Below are positions 27,392 to 40,022 of a stretch of 55,440 nt of DNA, in pieces (positions within the stretch are counted from its first letter, which is position 1; each line of letters opens with the position of its first letter). Position numbers and translations under genes: made by a program. The stretch comes from Octopus sinensis. Taxonomy: Eukaryota. The notes beneath the pieces are model-generated. The model was not told where the DNA came from. It was given only the letters and a program-made list of their open reading frames with translations, and did not search any database. The stretch is from assembly GCF_006345805.1 (NCBI RefSeq), contig NW_021833758.1:1-55440 (forward strand). Reading direction: 5' to 3'.

Positions 27392-27623
27392 CGTGTATCT
27401 ATGTGCATATATGTATATGCATGTGTGTGTGTGAAGATATGAGTTTGGTGTCGTATTTGTGCAAAGAGATATATATATATTTATATATACATACATATAT
27501 ATATACATATACATATTATATATATATACATATACACACACATATATATATATATACATACATACATACATATATATATATATACGTGTATATATGTGCA
27601 TATATATATGCATGCGTGTGTGT

Positions 27624-27657
<34 letters not shown>

Positions 27658-27700
27658 ATATGAGTTTGGTGTCGTATTTGTGCATAGAGATATATTCCTG
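26110..27700. repeat. Microsatellite-rich block: (TA)n, (TG)n, (CA)n, (GA)n polypurine tract and a local duplication (27433/27654)
   Basis: Direct reading. ATATGAGTTTGGTGTCGTATTTGTGCA.AGAGATATA occurs twice. Confidence 0.9.
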
Positions 27701-28334
27701 CGAATTTCAAACGTTCGCTGCGCAACGACGCCGTTGTGATTTCGATACTAATTTACAGCGCGTTAGGCAAGTAACCTTTATTTTAATATCGAGGACATCG
27801 TGAGGCCGAAGACAACATACAGACAAGAGTTTCGTATTCGGAAATCGTACAGTTGCCAGTTGATTCCTTTACTGCAAGCTTGTTCCATTCGTTACTGTTT
27901 TTGGTTAGATTGTTACCTTCTCCCTCGCTTCCCCCCTTTCTCACTTATATATTTTTAGCTACTCCTCATACCCTATCATTCGGTTGTTGAGACTAGAGAA
28001 ACCGTTTTACCTTTTTATTTTTCTCTTTTTTTGCACCTGACTGATTATGTCCTTCATATTTGCTCATTTACACCACAGGAACGCTGATGCCACTAAGATC
28101 GACAACATTATCGAAACTGTAATGATATTTGGTCTATAACTGATTAGGGACGTATCCACAACCTTTCTGCGCTTCTTCCCTATTTTCCGTATTTTCATTC
28201 GTTGTCGATAAGTGCCATATTTTACTATGGTATAGGGGTGTATAAAAAGTCTTCAGCCTCAAAAAAAAATCCTACTACAAAACTTCTGAGGAAGGTACAA
28301 GATATCAAGGCTCAAAACTTTTCATACATTTTTC

Positions 28335-28384
<50 letters not shown>

Positions 28385-28385
<1 letters not shown>

Positions 28386-28588
28386 GCTATGATAGATCGG
28401 TAGCCACAACACACATTTTTTTTCTTCCTTGTTTCCTTGTTTTTATTTCTGTATTTCTTTCCGTAGAAGAGCATAGGCACGAAACGTAAAAGACTTTTTC
28501 AATTCCTGAGCGTTATACTAATACATCTGTTTGTTTTGTACACCACCCGTCTTTGTCTTTTGTTTTTTGTTTTTTCGTGAACTCTCCT

Positions 28589-28600
<12 letters not shown>
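28385..28600 (+). mobile_element. Penelope-like terminal repeat fragment (third family)
   Basis: Lies between two (TA)n tracts and has a hammerhead-like fold at 28456-28493. Confidence 0.45.
28456..28493 (+). ncRNA. Hammerhead-like motif with variant core
   Basis: UCUUU-CCGUAGA-A-GAGC(AUAG)GCAC-GAAAC-GUA-AAAGA. Stem I is perfect, with an ACGU palindrome and a GUA triplet. The core deviates (U4C, A6U) and stem II has one mismatch. Confidence 0.42.
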
Positions 28601-28643
<43 letters not shown>

Positions 28644-29023
28644 CACGCTATATTTTTTCTATTTTTCTGTATTATTTCTATTCTCTCTATTCCAAATAAG
28701 GAAGACTGTAGGTCTATTATGTGTTCCTCGACGACGAAGGAACTGTTTATATGGGATATGGACAGGAATACTTTATCTACTCCCAATAACGATCGTAGGA
28801 TGAGTATTAGACTTTATCGCTGCCATGGAATACCTTTAATATCTATTTATTAATCATGTATATTGTCGCATATTGTCCATGTATCTATAACTTTCCTCCC
28901 TCTTGTTTCTCACACCGATGTAACGAGTTCAGACACTCGCTTATCATTTTATATTTTCTCTCATATATTAATCAATGTACATTTTTACATATTCATATGT
29001 ATTTATTCTTTTTTTCTTTCTTT

Positions 29024-29417
29024 CTTTTACTTGTTTTAGTCATTTGACTGCGGCCATGCTGGAGCACCGCCTTTAGTCGAGCAAATCGATCCCGGGACTT
29101 ATTCTTTGTAAGCCCAGTACTTATTCTATCGGTCTCTTTTGCCGAACCGCTAAGTGATGGGGACGTAAACACACCAGCATCGGTTGTGAAGCAATGCTAG
29201 GTGGCCAAGCACAGACATACACACACACACATATATATATATATACATATATACAACAGACTTCTTTCAGTTTCCGTCTACCAAATCCACTCACAAGACA
29301 TTGGTCGGCCCGGGGCTATAGCAGAAGACATTTGCCCAAGATGCCACGCAGTGGGTTTGAACCCGGAACCATGTGGTTGGTTAGCAAGCTACTTACCACA
29401 CAGCCACTCCTGCGCCT
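29024..29417 (-). mobile_element. SINE family A
   Basis: Same structure as 1272-1680. Confidence 0.88.
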
Positions 29418-29656
29418 ATTATATTATATGTATATTTTTATGTATTTTTGTGTAATTTTTTACACGCATATATTTTTACGGTTTTATGAGATTTGCATTA
29501 AGTACTCAGGTATTATAAAGGAATTTTTTTATCGATTACCTGAATTTTGTGTTTTCTATCGATGCCAATAGTATTCATACAGTTCATATTCTGAGCACTG
29601 CATGGTTGTTCTATATATGGAATAAGTTCCTTCATTATTTTCTTATATATATATAT

Positions 29657-29825
29657 AAGCGCAGGAGCGGTTGTGTAAAAAGTAGCTTTCTTACCAGCCA
29701 CATGGTTCCGGGTTCTGTCCCACTGCCTGGCATCTCCGGGAAGTGTCTTCTACTATAGACTCGGGACGACCAAAGCTTTCGAAGAGGATTTGGTAGACGG
29801 AAACTGAAAGGAGGTCGTCGTATAT
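29657..29825 (+). mobile_element. SINE family A, 5' half
   Basis: AGCGCAGGAGCGGTTGTGT...TTTGGTAGACGGAAACTGAAAG, inverted relative to the copy ending 240 bp upstream. Confidence 0.78.
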
Positions 29826-30205
29826 ATATATAACCTTGTTCGAAGGTTATAATGGATACAGATCGTGTATCAATAGCTATCTTGATGGCGGTGGCCTCAT
29901 GGAGCTGACCATGGCAGCGATTATTCTTATATCTATAAGAATGCCATATTAATATGGCGATAACAATTAATTTCCAGTAAACACTGCCGTAATCTCTTTT
30001 ATAGAGACTTAGTAATTTTAATATTTCTATTATATATATATATATATATTATAATATATATATATTATAATATATATATATATATAATATATATATATAT
30101 GTGTGTGTGTGTGTGTATATATATGCATATATATATGTATGCATATATATATATAGTATAATTATATATATATATATACACATACATATATATCTACACA
30201 CACAC

Positions 30206-30241
<36 letters not shown>

Positions 30242-30731
30242 TTATCGATGGAGAGAGAGAGTGGGGTGAGAGAGAATGAGAGCGACTCAAAGATGGTGGA
30301 GCGGGGTAACTCGATAGTCTTTCGAAAGCGATTAGGCTGTTTTGTTGACATATATTTACCATTTTGAGCGTCTTCCATAGCGTGTGTTGAATGTCTGTTA
30401 GTAATTATTCAACGTGTAGTCTTCCCCCAGCCTGTTTATTCTGAGATTTAGTATGGAGAATTACAAATCAGTCATAGAGTCTGTTTGTAAATGACTTAAG
30501 CTGCTCCTGGTCGACAAGGCGTGAGATTCTGGTTTTCATGTGTCAGCGTAAGAATTTTTTTTAATAGCGATGGGTGTAGATTCAAAACATTATGTATACT
30601 CAGGGTTCCCACATTCGGGTACAATTAAAGGACTGTCATCTGTTTTTCAGGACTGCGTAATCGCTTTTCGTCCTTATTTCGGTTACTTACTTCTAAAATG
30701 ACTTCACATTTCAAAACGAACATTCCTACTG

Positions 30732-30793
<62 letters not shown>

Positions 30794-30866
30794 CATATAT
30801 GTATGTATATGTATGTATGCATATATGTATGCATGTATGTATGTATATATGTATATGTATAAATAT

Positions 30867-30935
<69 letters not shown>

Positions 30936-31607
30936 GGATGTATGTATGCGTGTTTGTATGTATGTATCAACTAAAGAACTTTGAGATGACCTTCGGGAAA
31001 CCACGTATCTGTCTAGGAACTAAACGATATCTATGTCTGCTGCGTGCGTATATTTGTCACTTAAAAATTGTACCCAAAATAGATTAAACGTAATACTGTC
31101 AAGAAATAAGTTGTAAGTTACTGCTTGTATATTTTGTTTCTAGCTAAGAATTTTGGTATGACTTTGGAGGTTCATCGAGGCAATAATGATATACATATGC
31201 GCCGTTTCAGTTTCATTCTTGTAGTTTTAGTTATATAGTTATCTTACCAACTAACAATCCATTTGTTTAATTTGTTGGTGAAACAATCAATCAGTTGATT
31301 GTCAGTATTAATTCATTGTATTAATTCATTGCTATTCGTGACATCATCAATGACATGCCCTTTGTTCTCCAGTGCTTAACACAATAACTCGAAAAAAGAC
31401 ATTTGTATTCGTGGGGGTTAAATGTAAGATGAAACCAAATATCATTTGTACCCAGCATTCAGTAAATCTAAAATGTATCCAAGGATCATTGTTATATTTC
31501 AAGCGGCGCAGTTATAGCGACAAACATTAAAGGAATGAATAATATAAATATTCCTACACGTGTTTCAGTATATAATGGCGGTGACCCAGCTTGGCCACAG
31601 CTCGTGA

Positions 31608-31768
31608 AAGGAGTGGCTGTGTGGTAAGTAGCTTGCTTGCCAACCATATAATTCCAGGTTCAGTCCCACTGCGTGGCAACTTGGGCAAGTGCCTTCTGCT
31701 ATAGCCCCGGGCCGACCGATGCCTTGTGAGTGGTTTTGGTAGACAGAAACTGAAAGAAGCCCGTCGTA

Positions 31769-31818
<50 letters not shown>

Positions 31819-32040
31819 TGTGTGTGTTTGTGTGTCTGTGTTTGTCCCCCTAGCATTGCTTGACAACCGATGCTGGTGTGTTTACGTCCCCGTTACTTAG
31901 CGGTTCGGCAAAAGAGATCGATAGAATAAGTACTGGGCTTACAAGAGAATAAGTCCTGGGGGTCGAGTTGCTCGATTAAAGGCGGTGCTCCAGCATGGCC
32001 GCAGTCAAATGACTGAAACAAGTAAAAGAGTAAAAGAGTA
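31608..32040 (+). mobile_element. SINE family A (sense orientation)
   Basis: Head GGAGTGGCTGTGTGGTAAG, internal (TA)n, tail CAAGTAAAAGAGTAAAAGAGT. Confidence 0.9.
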
Positions 32041-32319
32041 ATATGCTACCATAATCCCAGCAGTGCATAACTCTTCGTAATACTACTGGAGTATAACCTG
32101 ATGTGGTGATGTTAGGTCAACACCTCACTGCAGAATCTTAAATAATCTTCCACGTCATTGCATATGTGCTGGAGTACCGTATTAAAGGGTTTTAGTCGAG
32201 GAAATCGACCGCAGGAGGTCAACATAAGGATATCGGTTGTAAAAGAATAGTTGGGGACAAACACAGACACACACACACACAGACATAAATACTTACATAT
32301 GCATATATAGGCATGTATG

Positions 32320-32910
32320 TACTTATATATATATAGGTATGTATGTATGTATGTATGTATGTATGTATGTATGTATGTATGTATGTATGTATGTATGAAT
32401 GTATGTATGTATGTATGAATGTATATATGTATGTATGTATGAATGTATGTATGTATGTATGAATGTATGTATGTATGTATGTATGTATGTATGTATGTAT
32501 GTATGTATGTATGAATGTATATATGTATGCATGAATGTATATATGTATGTATGTATGAATGTATGTATGTATGTATGAATGTATGTATGTATGTATGTAT
32601 GTATGTATGTATGAATGTATGTATGTATGTATGAATGTATATATGTATGTATGAATGTATGTATGTATGTATGTATGTATGTATGAATGTATGTATGTAT
32701 GTATGAATGTATGTATGTATGTATGTATGTATGTATGTATGTATGTATGTATGTATGTATGAATGTATGTATGTATGTATGAATGTATATATGTATGTAT
32801 GTATGTATGAATGTATGTATGAATGTATGTATGAATGTATGTATGTATGAATGTATGTATGTATGAATGTACGTATGTATGTATGTATGTATGTATGTAT
32901 GTATGTATAG
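32320..32910. repeat. (TATG)n/(TGAA) array, about 590 bp
   Basis: Direct reading; source of the 287-aa HTYI ORF. Confidence 0.97.
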
Positions 32911-33669
32911 GCAAAAAAATCAGAAAAGCAGGAAAGCCAAAACTCATAGCAAATTTTCGTAAATAGGGAGATATCATGATTGTCTGTTTCCTAATGTCAC
33001 ACGTGTGGGTCCGAATAGTTCTTGATAGTATCACTTCAAGATAGTTGGGTAGAAATACGCAGAGTTCATATTCGTATTTCATATTCGAACCTCACAAATA
33101 AGGGAGAGGAGAATATGAATAATTCTTTTCAGGTGTTTGTCGGGTTTGAAATCCAGTAAATTCAACTAGCAATAACCACGCTTCGGATTTTTCCACTCTG
33201 GCCATGGTACCGTGTATTGTATGTACTCATACATGATGTAAATTCCTGTTAGCATCTGTATATGAAATAAAAAAATATATTGAAATGCTCTGAACATTCT
33301 TCGGAAGGAAATAAAAACTTAGCGGTAAATATACTTATTAATGTGTTTACTTATTCATTGATTAATTGGGACCGCAAAAATTTAAGTTCATCCTGAGTGC
33401 GAGTTGCGTAAAAATACGTGTGATCTGGAGCCAGCCTGGCACAATGATTAACTGCTTAAATACGTTATATCACTGTATATAGAAGTAGTAAGCAACAATA
33501 ACATTTTCCAACCGGATCTTTTGAGTTATTGTTGGTTTACCCTCCGGCTTAATTCTTCTTAATCACGCCTTGAACGGTTTTGATTATGAAGAAGATTTTC
33601 TCTCCACTTCTTCTTAAGTACGTTTTGAAATTTTATTTCAAGTTGTTTTTTTTAAATTGTTACCATTTA

Positions 33670-35340
33670 CGTTGTGGCAGAATATCTTCAAGTAATACAA
33701 TAAATACATTTAAATGGATAGCATTTGGGCAGTACTTGTCAGCACAATCTTTTGGATTTCTCTGAGATATGGTTCTCCTGGGAAACTATTTAGATGTTTC
33801 TGACATCCCTTTCTCATAATACCAAGGCCACCACAATAACAGGAATATTTCTCACTTTAAGTTATCGCATTTTTTAATTTCAATTTTCATGTCCTTATAT
33901 TTAGTTAATTGATCAAATTCCCGTACAAATATATTTTTATCAGTGGGAACACTTTCAGCTATTAATCTACAAGTATTTTATTGCCAGTCTTCAATTACCA
34001 TGTCTGATCGATTAGCCTGGATCGTTCTATCGGTGTAAACTGGAAAACCTTAGAGCGTAGTGAAATTTTTACCTTCAACGACTGGCTCATGATGTTCGTA
34101 CCAGTAAGCATTAGTGCTGATTCTGTAGTGTTTACATATTTTCCAGTGTAAATACCCTATTGTGGCGATGTTTATATCCGTTTGTGTCAGCACAAGACAT
34201 CCCGAGATAAGATGGTCTATTGTTTCATCAAATTTATCGTAGAATCTGCACTTAGGATCAGAACCGTTTTGAAGAACGTTAGCCTGGTACTTTTTTGTAA
34301 GCAAGCTTTTGTCTTGAGCCGCCGATATGTAGCCTTCACTCTCTGCTTTCCCTCCTGAGCTTCTCAGTCACTGATGGGTTGTTGCTTGGTTTACATCAGC
34401 AATTTGGCTTCGAAGTATATACTGTCCATGCATAGGCTTCTGGCTCCACCGTTCCTCAATTTGTTTCTGCCCGTTCCTTTTTGCAGTCAGTGAAAGCCGT
34501 TCTGCTTTATTCGTGGCAGTGGTTTCCAGTTCTTTTCCTAATTCAGGGTCGATGCTAAGTTCCCTTGCAAATTTACAAGTTCCTTGACAATAGAAAGTGA
34601 TTTTTTGCTGCTTTCGTGATTGCCTACAAGCTGCAGTATTCAGTCTTCTGTACTAGATAAATATTTCGTTCATTACTATTGTTGAGATCATATAGCACCG
34701 TTCTACCTGCATCGTTCTAGGTAGGTACAGATGATCAACGTCTGCTTTTGGGTGGCACAGGTTCTTAGATGTTTGTAGTTGGAGTTCTGTAAGATTAATG
34801 ATGTTAAAACTGTATTGGACTTCTGGTGGTCAGAAGTTTAATGGATTCGATGCGATTTTTGGAGTTGAGTTCAGTTTTTAGTATGAGTAGTGTTCCTGTG
34901 TAATACCCCTTTCGTATTTTTTCTGTCATAATAGCATCTTGTATACCGTCTCTTTTGTTTACTCCCAGTTATTTATGGCTTTCATGTGGATCAAACTCCT
35001 CGATGGTATTTTCTGTACCTAATTTAATGAAAGATGTTTGCTGGAGTTTCCCTCTTACAAAAGTTGCTTTAGCACACCTATCGAGACCAAAGTCCATCCA
35101 ATGTCATTGCTGAACCCTTTAATAGTTGTTAGCAACCCTACTGCCTCTTCGCCATTTCTAGCAAACAGCTTTAGATTATCCATATAAAACAGATGATTTA
35201 TTATAATATTATACACTTTGAAGACATACCTGGTGTTATTCAGTTCGTTTGAGAGTTCGATGCAAAAGAGTAATGAGGAGAGGGAGTCACCTTGAAAGAT
35301 GCCTCGTTTGCCGTTGATGTTAGATTGCCACATCCAATAA
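33670..35340 (-). mobile_element. 5'-truncated, decayed R4/Dong-clade non-LTR retrotransposon (RT + CCHC + RLE)
   Basis: Minus-strand peptides are RGIFQGDSLSSLLFCI and INHLFYMDNLKLFA (RT, YMDD-like), CRFYDKFDETIDHLISGC (CCHC finger), YLHWKICKHY..WYEH.EPVVEG and C-terminal KIVLTSTAQML. Many stops and frameshifts. The 5' end abuts (TAA)n. Confidence 0.85.
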
Positions 35341-35359
35341 CTATTATTATTATTATTAC

Positions 35360-35393
<34 letters not shown>

Positions 35394-35394
35394 G

Positions 35395-35950
35395 AGTGAG
35401 ATAGCAGTACATGCCATCAAAGTGACACTGGAGTAAAATATACGAAGCCCAGTATAGCCATCATGACTACCCGTTTGATAAGTGTACACTAGGCACCTGC
35501 ATCACAACCATATGAGATCAACCATGGTGATCTCATATCAAGATAAACAGCGCATGACCTTGCAGGTGGGGCCCAGTTAGAACTTTATTCTGGTCGAGTA
35601 GCCCATCCGCTCAAAAGGTCCCTGAATAAGGGTTGTTTAAGGTTGTTGAACGAAACAACCATATTTCCAGAGGTGAATTATTCAAACCAAAAAGAATTCC
35701 TCTCAACATACGGGTATGATGCTCCCCCACTACTTCTGCTCGTGATCAGAGATGCACGTATCGCCAGCTATTAAGTGACATGGTCAAGTAGTTATGGTCA
35801 AACAACTGACAAGCAAATCTGTGGCATTGAGCAGAATATTTGCTGTAGCACATCTTTTATACCAAGACAAAAAAACAATCTACATGATAACACTTCCAAT
35901 CAATTAAGATCAGAAGCCATGAGAGCCACTGCCTGGTACTGCATCAAGGC
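35395..35950 (-). mobile_element. About 560-bp non-coding element embedded in (TAA)n, possibly the 3' UTR or a non-autonomous derivative of a TAA-targeting LINE
   Basis: Complex sequence bounded on both sides by TTA/TCA arrays, directly 5' of the Dong fragment. Orientation is inferred. Confidence 0.45.
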
Positions 35951-35992
35951 ATTATCATTATTATTACTATTATAATAATAATAATAATAATA

Positions 35993-36042
<50 letters not shown>

Positions 36043-36043
36043 C

Positions 36044-36141
<98 letters not shown>

Positions 36142-36149
36142 TATTATGA

Positions 36150-36302
36150 TCAGGGCGTTCAGAGTTTAAATTCATCTGAGGTCGACCTTGACTTTCGTCC
36201 TTGCGGGGGCGATAAAATAAGTACCAGTGAAGTACTGGGGTCGATATAATCGACTAGTTCCCATGTCCAATATTTCAGGCCCCTTGTGCCTATAATAGAA
36301 TG
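36150..36302 (+). mobile_element. SINE family C-related 3' fragment ending in (TAC)n
   Basis: GAGTTTAAATTC..GAGGTCGACCTTGACTTTCGTCC...GATAAAATAAGTACCAG...CTGGGGTCGAT. Confidence 0.7.
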
Positions 36303-36342
36303 GACTACTACTACTATTACGACTACTACTACTATTACTACG

Positions 36343-36393
<51 letters not shown>

Positions 36394-36400
36394 GCTGCTG

Positions 36401-36487
<87 letters not shown>

Positions 36488-36818
36488 AATGAGTGCTCCT
36501 TACTGGTAGAGCTGTTAGAATGCCTAACAAATGCTTCGGAGTATTTCTTCTAATTTTACAGTCTGAGATCAAATCCTATTGGATTTTAACTCAGAGATTG
36601 CGTTTCATTTTTTCGTAGACGATAAATGAATACCCGTTGAACAGTGAAATTCTTGTAATCGACTTCTCCTTCCCCTCAGTATTACTGGCCAGGTACAAAA
36701 CTTTAGGAAAATATATTATTATTGTTGTTATTGTTGTTGTTGTTGTTGTTGCTGATGTTGTTGTTGTTGCTGTTGTTGTTGTTGTTGTTGTTGCTGATGT
36801 TGTTGTTGTTGCTGCTGC

Positions 36819-36851
<33 letters not shown>

Positions 36852-36870
36852 CGTCATCATCATTATGATC
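36302..36870. repeat. (TAC)n and (GTT)n trinucleotide arrays
   Basis: 36302-36490 and 36715-36870. Confidence 0.95.
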
Positions 36871-37384
36871 GTCATTATTTTTTTCCCTTTGCTCACAAAC
36901 AAATGAATAGAGCTTTGGAGAAAGAAAAAAAAAGTAAAATGTAAATAAAGAATAATTAAAAGAGAGAAGAGAAAAGACAGCTGAGCGGATTAAAATTTTC
37001 AAGCAAGTAATACCCTGACAAATGAGAAGTAATCTGGCTGTAGCACATTGAAGGCAAGAAACCGATGATAGGAGATTTAGTTAGACCAATAAATAGAATG
37101 ATGTGTGAAGTAGATGGAACGGGAGTTTACTAATCCCCTCTTTAATTTGCAGTAGATCAAAGACTTGGCAAGAACAAAACGAATACGGTTAACGGTAGTA
37201 TGATCTGAACAGATAAGTCTAAAAAACAGAAAAAAAAACAAAAAAAAAAACAAAGATAGTAATTGCAAACAGAAAGAAGCGACCGCATTCATTTAGACAA
37301 AATTTTGTTATTTGTTCTACGAGTAGATGCGTTGCAAACTGTTACACAAACAATTTTGAGCTCAAACATTCTCACACACACACA

Positions 37385-37424
<40 letters not shown>

Positions 37425-37571
37425 TTTAAAGAATAGATATGGAAAGGTAAATGGAAAGATATACTTCGATAACAATATACATAGATAGGTGTCAAAAGAC
37501 GGGAAAGTATGTATATATACACACACTTATGACTATATGTACACACACACACACATATATATGCAATTTTT

Positions 37572-37891
37572 GTGAGGGCGCGTGGCTTAGTGGTTAGGGC
37601 ATTCGGCTCATGATCGTAAGGTTGTGAGTTCGATTCCCGGCGACGCGTTGTGTCCTTGAGCAAGACACTTTATTTCACGTTGCTCCAGTCCACTCAGCTG
37701 GCAAAAATGAGTTGTACTTGTATTTCAAAGGGTCAGCCTTGTCACTCTCTGTGTCACGCTGATTATCCCCGAGAACTACGTTAAGGGTACACGTGTCTGT
37801 GGAATGCTCAGCCATTTGCACGTTAATTTCACGAGCAAGCTGTTCCGTGATCGTATCAGCTGGGACCCTCGTCGTCGTAACCGGCGGAGTG
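37572..37891 (+). mobile_element. SINE B-prime: different head and central domain, same 3' tail as family B
   Basis: tRNA-like head, then CCTTGAGCAAGACACTT (CORE-like), then about 190 bp matching the family B tail (TGTATTTCAAAGGG...GTCGTCGTAACCG.CGGAGTG). Confidence 0.85.
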
Positions 37892-38095
37892 AAGTGAAGA
37901 GAAATATGCAATTTTACATATATAGAGAAAAAGATAAGCATATAAACTGAAATATGAGTGAATGGGTGTGTATGTATATGTATGCATGTATTTTCATGTA
38001 TTTATGTCTATGTATACGCGTATACCTGTGTACGTGTGCATGTAAATATATACATGCATATATATATATATATATATACATACATATATACATAC

Positions 38096-38167
<72 letters not shown>

Positions 38168-38168
<1 letters not shown>

Positions 38169-38567
38169 CAACTTATAAATAAGGGCAAACGAAAAAATTT
38201 CTCATGCCAAATATGCCGAAAATTGGACATATTGTCCATTTACCATATAATTTTTTCCCCAGTACGCACGCTACTCGAAAAAAGGTCGACAGAAATCTCT
38301 AAAAAATTCCATTATTACCATGGGTATGAGTAAGTATCTCATTTACTTCTTTGCCACATATATCACTGACGAAGAGAGGGTTCTTTTTGAACAAACCCTG
38401 AAATCGGTCAGATATGGTAATAATGGAATTTTTTAGAGATTTCTGTTGACCTTTTTTCGAGTAGCGTGCGTACTGGGGAAAAAATTATATGGTAAATGGA
38501 CAATATGTCCAATTTTCGGCATATTTGGCATTAGAATTTTTTTCGTTTGCCCTGATTTATAAGTTGT
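38168..38567. mobile_element. Fold-back element with about 160-bp inverted arms
   Basis: ACAACTTATAAAT.AGGGCAAACG...CCATTATTACCA / TGGTAATAATGG...CGTTTGCCCTGATTTATAAGTTGT, with a spacer of about 90 bp containing a hammerhead-like fold. Confidence 0.9.
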
Positions 38568-38680
38568 TTATAATTTAACCTTTAAAGGTATTTATTAATA
38601 TGCTGGGCATTGATAAATTTTTTATCTTTCGAAGAAATTTTATCCTACATTAGATATATATATGTACGTATATATATACA

Positions 38681-38759
<79 letters not shown>

Positions 38760-38770
38760 ATATATATACA

Positions 38771-38814
<44 letters not shown>

Positions 38815-38839
38815 ATTATATATATATATATAATATATA

Positions 38840-38870
<31 letters not shown>

Positions 38871-39073
38871 ATATATATATATGCAGCAGAGTATTTCTAT
38901 CTTGACTTATCTACGTTGTTCCTACTTTCAGAAAAAAATTACGTTAGAGATCGTGGCCAGGTTTGAATCCCTTTAAAGGAGAAATGTTGTCTCATAATAG
39001 TTACACTATATAGGGGTCTGAACTATTATGAGACCACAAATGAAAAGAAATTAGCTGTATCTACATGGATGTA

Positions 39074-39631
39074 CGAGGGTGAGTCAAAAAGTAAACCCAT
39101 TTTGTTCAGGACATGTATAATTACCAACACAGCAACATGTATCATACATCAAAATGAAGCTGGTCCTCGGTGGATCACATCCCTACTTCTCAATATAGTC
39201 AAAGTCTCTCTAAATAGCAAAGTTCCACCTTCAAATGAGAGCATGTATCCCTGCCCCGTAAAATTCTATTGACTGTTCTTTGAGCCACTTCTTCACTACA
39301 GTTTTCACTTCCTCGTTACTGGACTATCATCTCTTCGGCCCCATGAAAGAGGGTTTGAGAGGCAAACCTTATTCCAGTAACGAGGAAGTGAAAACTGTAG
39401 TGAAGAAGAAGCTCAGAACTAGCTAAGAACAGTCAACAGAATTTTACGGGGTAGGGATACACGCTCTCATTCGAAGGTGAAACGTTGCTATTGAGAGAAA
39501 CGGTGACTATGTTGAGCAGTCGGGATGTGATCCACAAAGGACCAGCTTCATTTTGATGTATAATGCATGTTCTTGTGTTGGTAATTATACCTGTCCTAAA
39601 CAAAAGGGCGTCACTTTTTGACTCACCCTCG
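39074..39631 (+). mobile_element. Mariner-derived fold-back MITE (TA TSD), built from two inverted copies of the transposon 3' end
   Basis: TA|CGAGGGTGAGTCAAAAAGT...ACTTTTTGACTCACCCTCG|TA. 39322-39520 encodes DYHLFGPMKEGLRGKPYSSNEEVKTVVKK..EQSTEFY..GIHALIRR*NVAIERNGDYVE, a mariner transposase C-terminus. The left arm (about 250 bp) is its reverse complement. Confidence 0.93.
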
Positions 39632-39677
39632 TAGCTGATCACTATACATCAATATACTGATACAATTCTGTCTTAGT

Positions 39678-40022
39678 TTTTACTTGTTCTAGCCATTTGA
39701 CTGCGGCTAAGATGGAGCACCACCTTGGAATTGTTTTTAGTCGAATAACTTGATACCACGTCTTTCTTAAAGGCTGATACTCACTCTATCGGTGGCTTTT
39801 GCCGAGCTACCAAATTACGGGAACGTAAACACAGCAACACCTTTTGTCAAGCGTTCGTGGGAACAAACGCAGAAGAAAGCCACGTTCATATGCACAAACT
39901 CACGAGAACAAACGCATGCATATACACCCATAAAGACACGCTCACACACAAACACAGCCACACATATATCGGGCTTCTTTCACTTTCCGTCAACCAAATT
40001 CACCCACAAAAATCCTTGCCCG
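39678..40022 (-). mobile_element. Old diverged SINE family A
   Basis: TTTTACTTGTTCTAGCCATTTGACTGCGGC...CTTTCCGTCAACCAAATTCACCCACAA. Confidence 0.7.

Noticed and set aside
28270-28322. CTGAGGA...GCTCAAAAC as a further hammerhead
   Set aside because: No paired stem II and no GAAA box.
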